From contig NW_003314274.1 of the NCBI RefSeq assembly GCF_000143415.4, positions 1,378,851 through 1,442,850 on the forward strand: a stretch of 64,000 nt of DNA, written 5' to 3'. Below are positions 26,935 to 39,085 of this stretch, piece by piece. The notes beneath the pieces are model-generated. The model made no database searches, was not told the origin of the DNA, and saw nothing but the letters and a program-made list of their open reading frames with translations. Source of the DNA: Selaginella moellendorffii. Lineage: Eukaryota > Plantae > Lycopodiophyta. Every line of letters begins with the position of its first letter. The stretch's first letter is position 1. Both the position numbers and the translations under genes were made by a program.

Positions 26935-28461
26935 TTACTGAAAACAAGAGCCAAAAAGCTCTTTGATGTCCACCTTCCACTCCCAATCGTCGTCCTCGAC
27001 ACAGAAACCAACCTAAGAAAAGGCAAATGAAGAACAAAGCAAAACAAAGCATGTTAACAAAACCTCTGGCATTTCCCGGGCAACTGCTGGGGCTGTGGGA
27101 GGAATCAAACCGCGAAGTTGAAGGCGCCTCCATGCACGTAGTTTAAAAACATCCTGCAAGGTAGAACAAAAAACACTAATACAAAGACAAACGCAAACAA
27201 AATTATTACCATGGGTGTGGATGAAGAAGCTCCATGAGCATGAGCAGCAGCAGGAGGAGGCGATAGCACTGGCTCAGCTGGGAGGAGAGCAGCAGCCGGA
27301 GGAGGCGATAGCACTGGCTCAGCTGGGAGGAGAGCAGCAGCCGGAGGAGGCACTAGCACTGGCTCAGCTGGGAGGACAGGAGCTAGATCAGCCGGGAGAG
27401 GAGGCTGTAGTGCTGCCGGATCTGCATCAGTCTCTGGAGCGTGTGGAGCAGCCTCTGGGGTATGTGGAGCTGGATCGGCATCATCAAGTGGAACAGCTTC
27501 GCCCTTTAGAAACCTTGGTCGTTTCCTCTTTTGCTCGTCGCATTCCAACTCTGGTGGCACAGGAGCGGCAGGCTCGATCTCTGGAGGTGGCACTGGAGCG
27601 GCAGGAGGAGGCGCTGGCAGCACTAGAGCGACAAGATCCTGTAGAGGCGTAACTGATCAGAAGCTCTGTGCGAAGGATTTCTTACATTAAGGCGCTCCTC
27701 CTCGTCATCGCATTCCATCACTGGTGGCACTGGAGCGGCAGGAGGAGGCGCTGGCAGCACTAGAGCGACAAGATCCTGTAGAAGCGTAACTGATCAGAAG
27801 CTCTGTGAGAAGGATTTCTTACATTAAGGCGCTCCTCCTCGTCATCGCATTCCATCACTGGTGGCACTGGAGCGGCAGGAGGAGGCGCTGGCAGCACTAG
27901 AGCGACAAGATCCTGTAGAAGCGTAACTGATCAGAAGCTCTGTGAGAAGGATTTCTTACATTAAGGCACTCCTCCTCGTCATCGCATTCCATCACTGGTG
28001 GCACTGGAGCGGCAGGGTCCAGTGGCGCTGGCAGGGCTAGAGCGGCAGGGTCCTGTAGAGGAGTAAACTGATCATGAGCTCCGTGAGAAGGATTCTTACC
28101 TTAAAGCGCTCCTTGTCCTCGCATTCCGTCTCTGGTAGCGCTGGAGTGGCAGGGTTCATCTCTGGAAGTGGCGCTGGTAGCGCGAGAGCGGCAAGGTCCT
28201 GTACAGGCGTGAATTGAAGGAGCTCCGCAAGAAGGATTCTTACCCTAAAGCGCTCCTCGCATTTCATCTCTGGTAGCGCTGGAGCGGCAGATTCCATCCC
28301 TGGTCGCGGCGCTGGCGGAGCTGGAGCCATCCTTGGCAGCGGCGCTGGCGGCGCTGGAGCGGCACGATCCTGTAGACGCGAGACTGATCAGGAGCTGCGC
28401 GAGAAAGATTTCTTACCGTAAGGCGCTCGCCGTCGCCGTCGCCGTCGCCCCCCATCCCCAT
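26935..28461 (-). CDS. Uncharacterised Pro/Ala-rich protein built from tandemly duplicated exon-intron modules
   Basis: Six homologous GTAAG..TACAG phase-0 introns (28370-28416, 28199-28243, 28053-28099, 27913-27959, 27776-27822, 27639-27685) join into one open frame. Later exons end ..WEWKVDIKELFGSCFQ-TAA at 26935. Confidence 0.7.
27591..28014. repeat. 137 bp tandem repeat (90 bp exon + 47 bp intron), three near-identical units
   Basis: cactggagcggcagg recurs at 27591, 27728, 27865 and 28002. Confidence 0.92.
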
Positions 28462-28643
28462 TTCTAGGGTTCTTCGTTACAACGGCTAGTTTTAAGATTT
28501 TGGGGAGCTTCTACAACACGCTTCCCCTGTTAGAAAACATCCCCCGTAATTAAGCAAAATGAGAAAGCTATATTACATATAAACGCAAAGAAACTACGCC
28601 ATCGTCTCCATCTCCTGGCTCCTCTTCTGCGAAGCCCACTTCC

Positions 28644-29925
28644 ATGGCGTTGCCTTCTTGGATCGAGATGGATTCCAGCTTCGCCGCCGTCCCGGCCTTG
28701 GCGTTCTCTCCAATCTCTGGGGTCTTGCAACAGAGGAGCGTCAGAACAAGCTCATTAAACAGTGCGTTCTCTCTTCTTTCTTACAATAAAGGTTTCAACA
28801 CCATTAGAAAAGAAGAAGATAGCTACTTTGAACATCCTCGCTGCAATATCCCCACCATTGCACCAAAACAAAAGGGAAAGAAACAGAAAATGAATGCAGA
28901 CAGGAGGTCTTTAGGAAGAGGATCCTACGTAGCAGCATTGAGGCTCTTGCTCAGGCGGACACAAAGCCAATGCCTTTGCTCTTGTTTGCCCTCACACAAG
29001 AGAATGGCCTATATGTCCCTGTAAAGAAAGCATCATCCACGGGATGGAAAACTTCGGCAAATCGAGTATACATTAACGTCGTCACTTGGTGCTTGCAAGG
29101 AGAAATGAGGCCCGCCCTTGAGGTCGGAATACAAAGCGTTCGCGGCCTTTTGATGTCAAAAAAACGAACGGGGACCACTTACGAGAAGTTTGCTGCTCCA
29201 CTTCCTGTGCTTCGTTGTAAATTTCTCGGCTTGTGCGTGAGGCAATGGCAATGCATTGGACAGACCAGATGCATTTCTGTTCCACGAAGGAAAGAAAGAA
29301 AATAAAGCAAAAAACAGAAGACTTAGTACCAGATGACCCATACATCTGGACTGAATGGAGTGATGCGCATTCACCATGAATACTTGGAGAGAATAGATAC
29401 TATCACTGTTTTAGGCTTGTTAATATCTGGAGAACATAGATTTCAGAAAAAAGAGTGTACCAGTGAACCAGATTTTTACAGAAGTCGTTGGAAGCATTGC
29501 GCTCATGTTCCCGTTTGAAGAAGCTCTAAATTGGACTTCGACTTCGGTTCTCTGCAAAGAAAAAGACCATCAGAATCGTTGAAATCCATTGGTATACAAG
29601 CAAGGAAACCTCGGCCTTTTCACAAGATGGGGTATGTACTGAGCACGAGGAATCGTTTCACAGCCCAAAAGATTATGTCGCTGCAAGCCTCTAATGTCTC
29701 TCGATATCATTGACCAGTTCCAAAGGTTGGAGGAAGAATGTAAGAACACTCTCAATCTCAATAGAAATCCGGATCCAGATGGGAGCCGCAGTGAAAGATT
29801 TGGAAGATCAGGCTGAGCGAACTCCATGTGGTATACTTCAAGAAGAAGAAAAATACTCAGCTCTCTATGGAGCCAGAGAGCTGGATAATCCCACCACCAT
29901 GTTCATATGGTCTCCCAGTTTATAG
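28644..29925 (+). pseudogene. Degenerate coding-like sequence of unknown family upstream of the F-box gene
   Basis: Chain of short overlapping ORFs in different frames, repeated with different lesions in the right arm. No family recognised. Confidence 0.3.
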
Positions 29926-29994
29926 ATCACCCTAATCTCCAAAGTCTATAATATTGTAGCAACCAGGCAAAACAAATATCTTTGAAAACTTTAA
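29499..29994 (+). repeat. Inner inverted repeat, left part (partner 31606-32166)
   Basis: ctcatgttcc..ctctaaattggacttcgact..gaaatccattggta..ccagatgggagc..aaagatttggaagatca..tttgaaaactttaa is found inverted downstream of the F-box gene. Confidence 0.85.
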
Positions 29995-30056
29995 CTTCAT
30001 ACCTTTTGTTAGTTTGCATTAAAGCGGCTTAACCCTTAGGGGAAAAGAAAAGGGTT

Positions 30057-31046
30057 ATGGCATCGCGCAAGAGGGCGTGGGCAGGGATGTCCGGCCTTAT
30101 GCCGGAGCTAGTCAGGGAGATCCTTCGCAGGCTCCCTTTCTCAGGTGTTCTAAGGGCAAGATGTGTGTGCCAGGTGTGGAGATCTGTGGTGGATGCACCC
30201 AGCTTCCGGAGCTCGTACAGGGACAGTGCCAAACTCTTCCTAGATAGCAATTCGATCCAGGACAGCAGCGGCGTGATGATGCGATGGGCGCCGCAGCACT
30301 TTGAAAACGTGGAGAGGGATGTCCCCGACTGGCTGTGCGCAGTGTCGCAGGACAAGCGCCTCGTCCTGGCGCGCTCCTCGCAGGAAAGGAGGCTCTTTGT
30401 CGGGAGTCCCTTCGTGGCCAAGTGGGAGGAGATCCCCTACCTGCGATTTGGGGACATGTCCAGGGTCTGCCTCTTTGCTGCCGCTTCGAATTCTCCTCCC
30501 GGGGATTACAAGGTTGTGGTGTGGTTCTCGGATGGCACGCTCTACACCTTCGTTCGCGGCCAGGTGGCGTGGATTCCTGCCAAAGGGGACGTCGCCCCTG
30601 GATCGATCCCGGTGCTGCTAGATGGTGTAGTGTATTGTACTGCTTCGCGCGATCAAAAGTGGCTCCTCCAGTATGACTTGACACGCAACAAGTTTTTCTA
30701 TTCGCATCTCTATGATAAAGTTGGTGATGGTGTCTGCGTTGCTGCATGGGCCAACAAACTCTACGTGCTCGTGCTCAATGCGGTGAAGAAAGGTAGAGTG
30801 GAGGTTTGGGAAGTTCATATTGAAGTAAAAGAAATCTGGACTGAATTTCTGAGTGAGTATGTTGTGGGTTTGGAGGCTGGGGAATTTAGATTTACTGGGC
30901 AAATTGAGAGTGTTCTCAACTTTTCTTGCTCTTGCAAAGGAGGTAAGAAGAGCAAGGTTTGCTTTTCGTATGATGTGAATTCAAAGACTTGGACTAGACA
31001 AGGGTTTACTTGCTCAATAGCTGTGCCAATACAACTTGTTTACTGA
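30057..31046 (+). CDS. F-box protein, copy 1 (intronless, kelch/FBA-like C-terminus)
   Basis: LMPELVREILRRLPFSGVLRARCVCQVWRSVV F-box motif; YKVVV, VLLDGVVYC and LLQYDL propeller-like motifs. Confidence 0.9.
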   Translation: MASRKRAWAGMSGLMPELVREILRRLPFSGVLRARCVCQVWRSVVDAPSFRSSYRDSAKLFLDSNSIQDSSGVMMRWAPQHFENVERDVPDWLCAVSQDKRLVLARSSQERRLFVGSPFVAKWEEIPYLRFGDMSRVCLFAAASNSPPGDYKVVVWFSDGTLYTFVRGQVAWIPAKGDVAPGSIPVLLDGVVYCTASRDQKWLLQYDLTRNKFFYSHLYDKVGDGVCVAAWANKLYVLVLNAVKKGRVEVWEVHIEVKEIWTEFLSEYVVGLEAGEFRFTGQIESVLNFSCSCKGGKKSKVCFSYDVNSKTWTRQGFTCSIAVPIQLVY

Positions 31047-31605
31047 GCTTTTTAAATTTATATAAACGGTCTATGAGATGAAATGAACTAAAATTTTAAT
31101 GGAAAGGAATATTTTCATTTAAACTGATAATCCAATCCTCCCTGATAACCTCTTAGGTTATACAAATTGAATGTCCAAACTGCAAACGCTCTTGCTAGGT
31201 AAATGTCAATCCTCATGGGTCTTTTTGTGATGGGATTGTACTTGTGTGGGGCTAGTAGAGTGTCTTTCCACAGAAGTACATGACTGTCTTTGATTTATAC
31301 CACATGCAACAAAATCAAGCAGTGTAATTCCTTATAATTGTATCAACAATTGCTGGGCTAAAAAAGGAGATGGATCTGTTCATCCAGGTTAGAGCTGATT
31401 GAGTTATGGCTTACATGAGAGTAGTGATACTTAACATTTTATATAAAACCTTTGTTACAAATGAATTAAGAAAAAGTTCAAGATGAAGGAATCTCCTAAA
31501 ATATGTTTGGATATTTTAGCTATAGTGGATAAGTAATTTCCTGTGTTTTTAGGGCTAGCACCAGGTTACAAATATCCGTATGCTATAGCCCTATTATTTT
31601 CTTCA

Positions 31606-32166
31606 TTAAAGTTTTCAAAGATATTCTAAACTACCATAAAGTTTTTTGTATGATCGCTATAGACATATTATAGACTTTATTCAGAGTGACCTATAAACTG
31701 GGAGTGGGAGTGGGCAAACCATATGAACATTGTGGTGGGAGTATTCATAGACTTTAGTTTCAAGCACCCTAGACGAAAAAGAGGAAGATTAATTAGCACA
31801 ACTGCATTGCTATGTTTTTCTTCTTCTCAAAGTATATCATATTGAGTTTGCTCGGCTTGATCTTCCAAATCTTTCATTGCAGCTCCCATCTGGATTCACA
31901 TTTCTATCGAGATTGAGAGTTTTCTTACATTGTTACTCCTATTAGAGCCTTGCATTGACTCAATATTTTTGGCTGTCAAATGATTCCTTGTGCTCAATAT
32001 ATACTCCATCTTGTCTAATTGTAAGGTACTGAGATATCCTCATATGAAAATGCTAAGGTTTCCTTGCTTGTTTACCAATGGATTTCAAGAAATTGCCTTT
32101 GTAGAGAACCAAAGTCGAAGTCCAATTTAGAGTTTCTTTAAGGTGCACAAATAGGAACATGAGTGC
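31606..32166 (-). repeat. Inner inverted repeat, right part (more AT-shifted)
   Basis: Reverse complement of 29499-29994 with many transitions and indels. Confidence 0.85.
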
Positions 32167-34359
32167 AAACAACTTTGGCCATTAAATAAGGGGATAAAGC
32201 CAAACTCCCGAATGTATGTTATTAAGGGATTAATGTTTAATATATGAAGAAGTTAATGTAAGACAAAGATAAGAGTGCAAAAAATCCTTGAGGTCACGAG
32301 TTGAAGAGTTGAGCTCACAAGTTTAGCAATTTACAAACACTATAAATTTAGAAAATTAAGGTTTATGGCAAAAAAAATTATATTATATTTTTCTAACTCT
32401 TTGTACTTTATATAAATAAAAATGTTTTAGAAGACACTTCATATTCAAGAGTTTAAATATTTACTACATGCCATAATAGATAGGTTTGTCAAAACATAAA
32501 ATAAGATAAGATTTGTTTGTAAAAATATTAAAATTATGACTTCTTTAAAATCATTACTATATTTTTTGGTCAGAATTTAAAATTATTAAATTTTAACTCA
32601 GATTCTTTTGTAAGGTCATGTAATTGTTTAAAAGGTAAAAGCAACCATTGAATAAATTTGTTGCATATAAAAGATAGGTATCATTCTTCTATAGAATATA
32701 TTTTTGAGGGGTTTACTTGTTTAGAATTTATGGATATTTAATCACACTTTTATTCAAAGAGAGGAAACTACACATAAATATATATAATTTTTAATGTTGG
32801 TAAGTTTCAACTCTTGCAATTTTTTTTCTTATGGTAGTAATTCAAGGGCTAGGGGTTGCAATAACTATCTCATTGCATATCACAATCAAGCCACACAAGA
32901 GAAAAAAAAGATGATAGTGAGGGTAGTGATAATAAATTATAAAATAATACAATAACAAAAGGTACAATAAATTAGGTGGAGAAGAATGCCCTTTTACTTG
33001 TTTTAAAAATTTATAATTCTATGACTTTAAAGAAATGTCATATTTATTTTTTGGCTTTTAGTGGAATCAATGGCAGTTAACAATATATATATTCTATAGC
33101 ATCACACTCTTAAAACATTATAATAAAATATTTTTAAGATGGTAAAGATAGAAATGGAGACACACAAATATTACAGGTAGTATTGTGATTACAAATATAT
33201 AAAGTGAAAAATATTTTTATTTCTTAATTATATAAATTATAAAAAGTTTATTTTAGTCTTGATAAATTTAGTTGACTCCTAAAGTCTTCTCTATAATAAA
33301 GTTTATTTGGTATATATGAATATCCACTTTAAGATTTGGTGTAAAATGATGATGAAAATATAATGCATGTGCATAAGAAGTATATTATAAACAACTAAAG
33401 AAAACAACTTGAAAAATGATTCATAGGGTTTAAATATAGAGGGAAAGGGCCCATGAACAAGAGTACACCCCCTTTTTCAGGGTCTTGGGATATTTAAGGT
33501 TAAGTGTTTTTGAGTTTGAATAGTACTAAGTTGGATGACCCTCTAAAAAGTCTAAATAGTAGTAAGCTAGATGACTTTCTGGGAAGTCTAAATTCAAGAG
33601 CTTACATTTGGTATTAGAGGGGTCTTGGGTCCAACTCTGTTGGTTGACTTAGGGGAATCGCACCACATATTAATTGATATTTGGTAAGTCTTGATTGACA
33701 TTTGGTAAATACAATTTGCTTTAGCTAGGTGTAAGTGACTAATTTTTCCATTCTACTTTAGTCACTTAACCACACCTCCAACCACTTGGAGGAGTCTCAC
33801 TCACAACCTCTATAAGTCCTATTCCGAACTTGGGCATGCTAGCCCCGAGAATGGCATCCGCACCACTCAACTTTTGTACTTGGCCCAAGTGTTCCACATG
33901 TTCGATCCCATAACCGACACTCTAAGGTACTATCGACATATTAGCCCATTACGCTAAGGTTATGCCCCTTTTACCTTGGTCACACCGGTGGTCTAACACC
34001 ACCTACATCACAGTCTTGTCTCTCAAAGACTCGGGCTCAGACTCGGACTTGGACTCGGTCTTGGGCTCGGTCTCGGTCTCGGCCTCAGCCTCAGTCCTGG
34101 TCTTGGTCCTGGTCCCAGTCGACTTCGGACTCCATCTCGGGTCCTTCTCAGACTCCATCTCAGATTCCATCTCAGACTCCATCTCAGACTCCATTTCGGG
34201 TCCATCTCAGACTTCTCAAGTGGGAGCTTTTAGTCCAAACGTGTTATGCTCGTTTGGCTTTCACTTCAGCCATTACCACATGGCACCCTTTCGGCTCCAC
34301 TTTGGGGCTTAGGGATTTTTGTCTCACAACTCCACCACCCATAAATGAAGTTCAATGTC

Positions 34360-35034
34360 TATAGCGCACCTTATCTCTATTCCCTTAAGCCAATTGGAAA
34401 GGGGCAATTGCTTTATGAGAGAGCCCTTAGTGGCTATTTTTATCCCCATTTATCCCCCAAGGTTTCAAGGATCCACAGTGATAGTATATCCAAATCTTAT
34501 CCCATGATCACATGCGCTACACTCACCCCCCCTTCAAAGATGTTAATGTCCTCATTGACTATTGACTAACAACCCTTACTAAGCCAAGGGGAATCAGCAC
34601 TTCCATTTCCGCACTGAATCTATCAATCCTTCTATTGTGTAGATCAGCTATTCCACGTGAGGCAACTAGTCATCCACCCGTATTGCTATTCCACGGTGGA
34701 TACCTTCGTCCGTGGATACTCCACACAAGAGGAAGGACGTACATATGGATGCCCAATATGTACGATTTCAAATTTAGGGGTAGGAATATACCTTGCTCAA
34801 GGGTATATTATATTTTTAAGTAGCCACTAATAAATGGGAATCGAACCCGTGCCATTTGCTTCGATACCAACTGTAGCACACCTTATCTCTCTCCCCTTAA
34901 ACTAATTGGAAAAGGGGTAATTGCTTGATAAGAGAGCCCTTAGTGGCTATTTTTATCCCTATTTATCCCCCAAGGTTCTAAGGATCCATGGTGATAGTAT
35001 ATCTAAATCTTATCCCATGATCACATACGCTACA
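34360..35034 (-). mobile_element. TRIM family B, copy 1
   Basis: ~162 bp LTRs (34360-34521, 34872-35034), PBS TGGTATCGAAGC, PPT GGGGGGTGAG, perfect TSD ATGTC. Confidence 0.92.
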
Positions 35035-37651
35035 ATGTCCTCATAGAACGATAAACCATTTTATAAAGTAACACCAACATATATTACATTTTCCATCCTT
35101 GGCACCTAACCCATATTTGTCAATGGTTTGACACTAAAGGCTTGCCATGCCCTATCCAAACTCTAAGGAGCATAGTGTTTCCAACATAGAGACTCATCTG
35201 ACCACCTCAGGTGGTTCTCTCCCTTTTATTGGTTTAGCTTTCGCTAAACCTATTAGAGACACTTTCTCTAGCTCAATCCCACTACTCATTCTCGAATAGT
35301 CTCAACTTCTATTGATATAACTAGTTCACCTTGGAACTTTTAATTTTCACTTCTCGAAGTCAATTTCCTTGGTGTCTCTAACACCTTTCATTACACATAT
35401 TGTGCAACTTCACTTCCTCATCTTAGAAAGTTCTCCACTTGAGGGCACCATCATCCTCCTTTCTATTTTATGCCACCTTTGGCACTAAATTCTAGCTATT
35501 GTAAGTTGTGCTAAAGATGTCTACAACTCTATCATTTGGCTACTTTGCTGCTCCCTCCCTTGAAGCTTTCACCTTTGCCAACTTGGAGCATTTGGGAATC
35601 CATCCTTGGAAGCACACTTCCTTTCTCACAATCCATTAGTATTCAACACATTACTGTTCCATGCCTAACTTTGCCATTTGGATTCCTTTCAATGAACTCC
35701 ATGGCCCACACTTGGCCAGTAGTTTTTTGCTTTTATTCGTTGATTATTACATTGAGCAACATAGGATCCTTACCTCCATTTTTGAGGTATCCTTTTGGTT
35801 CCATAGCAAAGGCTCTACTTTGCTAAGTCCAAAGGGTGCTCACCCCTAGTAGATCTCTTTCGCATTTTCTGCTACAAGCTTTGTCCATGGCCCAACTTTG
35901 CGACCCTCCTATGGGTCTCTCCCAAAGACTACTTCCTTGGACTTACTACACCATCGTATTGGCACAACTAATTTCCCTTTTGGTGTCTTTTCCGCTTGGT
36001 CACCTTGACCAAGTCACACCATTATTAATAGTTCAAATCAACACTTTGAACTAGGAATCATATTCTTTAACCCAAACAAAGACATTGTCCTTGTTTAGCC
36101 ACAAGATCACTTAGTGATCTCATCTTGACCCCTTAACAGATCTACCAATAGGAACTAAGTCTTCCAGACCCTTTTAAATTGTTGACTATGACCCTGGGGG
36201 CATCCCCCACACTTGGCAGTGCGCCCAAACCAGCCCTTCCGGCCAAGGACCCATAGCAACTGAGACTGGGTGTCCCCATCTCATTCACCACGTCCTTGGT
36301 GCCCTTTGCACCAAAGTATTCAAGTTAGATATGTCGAGCTTTTACTCTAAGTAATCTAACTGTGCATCACGACTCCGGGGCATCCCCTGCTTGGCGGTGT
36401 GCCTAAGCTAGTCTCTTCACTAAAAGTCCATGACCACCGAAATATAAATGTCCTTATATTCCAAACCATCACCATGCCCTAGTGATTTTGGACTCGAACC
36501 CAAGCACCAGAAGGTTGGGACTTGAACCCAACCTCTGTATATGCATCTACGGACGGTATCACCCTAGATGCTTAGTGTGACTCCCCACGCCGGTGCACCA
36601 ATTTATATCCAAAGTGCAATACGGATCATAGCTTAGGAACCTAGTCCCTCCAAATTGCCAAGTCGTTTCACTTGACAAGTCTATGATCATGCATAAACTC
36701 TTCCATGCTTGGCTCTATAGGCCACCCCTTTTGAAGTTAACACCTTCAACTAGGGTATTTGTTCCCTCGACTTGCCAACCTTGCTTAGCAAGTCATTCGG
36801 CCACCATAACATGGTTTCATGCATAAGCGTGAAAGTCCTTAACCAACGACTTTCGTTCAAAGCCCTTTCTTTGAACACTCGGGAACTACTTCCTTAACCT
36901 TGATAGCCTTGCCTCGTGGCACGCTTCAAAACCACGCTTCTGTTGCGCCACTCTGATTTCGCACGCTCTATGAACCATTTACACTTGGCTTTCTAGGTAC
37001 TAAGCTACTTAGATTTATCTTTGGGAACCTTGAAGGAACTCTATCCCTTGAAGGAACTCTATTATGGGCCATCCATCCATAAGTGATCATCCCAGATCCA
37101 CTCCTTAACATCCTTAGGATGCCCGCATGCATGGGGAATAACCTTCCCGAATATCCCTTTTCCGGTTATCACCAAACCTTTTTTGTCCATGGCTATGTTC
37201 GCTATCACTGCCACTAGATCTAGGCCCACAGGCCCGATTACTAAGTCCCACGGTCCTCTAGGACTTCTTCCTCCCACGACCGTATCCTTGGTCTCTACAT
37301 CAGAGGACTGCTCCTCTTCCTTTTCACAGTTTGGAACTTTGGGATAACATTTCGGAACATCGTGGCCTTCCTCAAGCCTCGTGGGTACTTTCCCCACCTT
37401 CCGCCTTTGGTGCTCTAGCCATGGGCTTAGAGCGAGGTTTTGTTGAGCCACACCAGGTATCCAAGTAGGTAGTGCCATCCACACTTGGACTAGGAGCATT
37501 GACCATTCGATCTCCCGGGGGGACTAGAGCCGGCTCTTGAATACTTTACCAGGCTACCCCACTTGTTGGTTTGTATTCACTCTAGCCTTGGACTTCCCAA
37601 TGGTTATCCCATCACCCAACATCTGGGTACAGCCTTCCTGGGCCAAACTGG

Positions 37652-38458
37652 TGTGAGACACAAATCCCTAAGCCCCAAAGTGGAGCCAAAAGGGTGCCAT
37701 GTGGTAGTGGCTGAAGTAAAAGCCAAATAAGCATAACATGTTTGGACTAAAAGCTCCGACTTGAGGAGTCCAAGATGGACCCGAGATGGAGTCCGAGATG
37801 GAATCCGAGATGGAGTCCAAGATGGACCCGAGATGGAGTCTGAGATGGACCTGAGATGGAGTCCGAGATGGACCCAAGATGGAGTCCGAGATGGACCCAA
37901 GATGGAGTCCGAGATGGACCCGAGATGGACCGAGATGGAGTCCGAGATGGAGTCTGAGATGGACCCGAGATGGAATTTGAGATGGAGTCCGAGAAAGACC
38001 TGAGATGGAGTCCAAAATCGAGACCAAGATCGAGACCGAGGCCGAGGCCAAGACCGAGATTGAGGCCAAGGCCAAGACTGAGGCCGAGGCCGAGACCGAG
38101 CCCAAGCCCGAGTCCGAGACCGAGCCCAAGCCCGAGTCCAAGTCCGAGTCCGAGTCCGAGTCTGAGTCCGAGTTCGAGTCCGAGTCTGAGAGGGTGAAAG
38201 CCCAAAGCATTCGTCTCCCAAACCCTTGGGGGTTTGGTGAGCTCCAAAAGTATAGTAGGGGGAGGACTCCAATGGAGCCAGTTGTAAGCGACTTGGGACT
38301 TGGCACGTGGAGCACTTGGACTAACATAGATGCCATTCTCGGGGCTAGCAAGTCCCAAGTCCTGAATTGGACTTAAGGAGGTTGTGAATGAGACTCCTCC
38401 AAGTGGTCGGAGGTGTGGTTAAGTGACTAAAGTAGAATGGAAAAATTAGTCGCTTACA
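37652..38458 (+). mobile_element. Solo LTR of the satellite-LTR family, inserted in opposite orientation into its own family member
   Basis: TGTGAGAC..AGTCGCTTACA flanked by ACTGG on both sides (37647-37651 and 38459-38463). Confidence 0.75.
37765..38190. repeat. 11/12-mer (GAGATGGAGTCC, GAGATGGACCC) and 6-mer (GAGTCC, GAGACC, GAGGCC) arrays inside LTRs
   Basis: Visible arrays; inverted counterparts at ~34025-34215, 38550-38899 and 39086-39175. Confidence 0.9.
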
Positions 38459-38899
38459 ACTGGCTCCACTAGAGTCCTCCCCCTACTATACTTTTGGAGC
38501 TCACCAAACCCCCTAGGGTTTGGGAGACGAACGCTTTGGGCTTTCACCCTCTCAAACTCGAACTTAGACTCGGACTCAGGCTCAAACTCGGACTCGAACT
38601 CGGACTCGGACTCGGACTCGGGCTTGGGCTCAGTCTCGGCCTCAGCCTTGGTCTTGGTCTCGGTCCCGGTGTTAGTCTCGATCTCGACTTCGGACTCCAT
38701 CTCGGGTCCTTCTCAGACTCCATCTCGGATTCCATCTCGGGTCCTTCTTAGACTCCATCTCAGATTCCATCTCGGGTCCATCTTGGACTCCATCTTGGGT
38801 CCATCTCGGACTCCATCTCGATCCATCTCAAACTCCATGTCAGACTCCATCTCGGTCCATCTCAGACTCCATCTTGAACTCCATTTCAGTCCATCTCGG

Positions 38900-39085
38900 T
38901 GTAAGTAACCAAAGAGAACAACTCAAGAGACGATCCATGGGGTTCAATATAGAGGGAAAGGGCCCATGAATAAGAGTGCACCCCAATTGGTTAAAAGTCT
39001 TGGGATAATTGGAGTTAAGCATCCTTGGGTTTGAATAGTACTAGGCTGGGTGACCTCCCGGGAAGTCCAAACTCAGGAGCTTACA
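38900..39085 (+). mobile_element. Cassandra solo LTR
   Basis: TGTAAG..CTTACA, 186 bp, TSD CTCGG/CTCGA. 39013-39068 AGTTAAGCATCCTTGGGTTTGAATAGTACTAGGCTGGGTGACCTCCCGGGAAGTCC matches the A-box/IE/C-box half of plant 5S rRNA. Confidence 0.9.

Larger units (their letters stand above)
28365..33020 (+). repeat. Left arm of a ~4.65 kb inverted duplication (partner 58980-63667)
   Basis: Reverse-complement match along its whole length, including the F-box ORF and non-coding AT-rich DNA, with few substitutions and small indels. Confidence 0.95.

Noticed and set aside
27591-28420. CRISPR-like repeat-spacer array
   Set aside because: Eukaryotic DNA; the spacers are homologous exons, the repeats are GT-AG introns, and there are no cas genes.
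33607-33740. Apparent chimera in which a foreign LTR replaces the Cassandra 3' LTR (possible autonomous partner)
   Set aside because: TSDs CTAGG/CTGGG and TATAT/CATAT show a simple nested insertion; the Cassandra 3' LTR is at 39398-39590.
38459-38475. PBS-like TGGCTCCACT after CTTACA
   Set aside because: Better explained as the ACTGG TSD plus target sequence; the same sequence occurs inverted inside the LTR.
37604-38908. GL-, SD-, RP- and ES-repeat ORFs
   Set aside because: They are translations of hexamer/dodecamer arrays in LTRs, open in many frames on both strands.
39013-39068. 5S rRNA gene
   Set aside because: Only the 3' half is present, embedded in an LTR, with no 5' half or oligo-T terminator.
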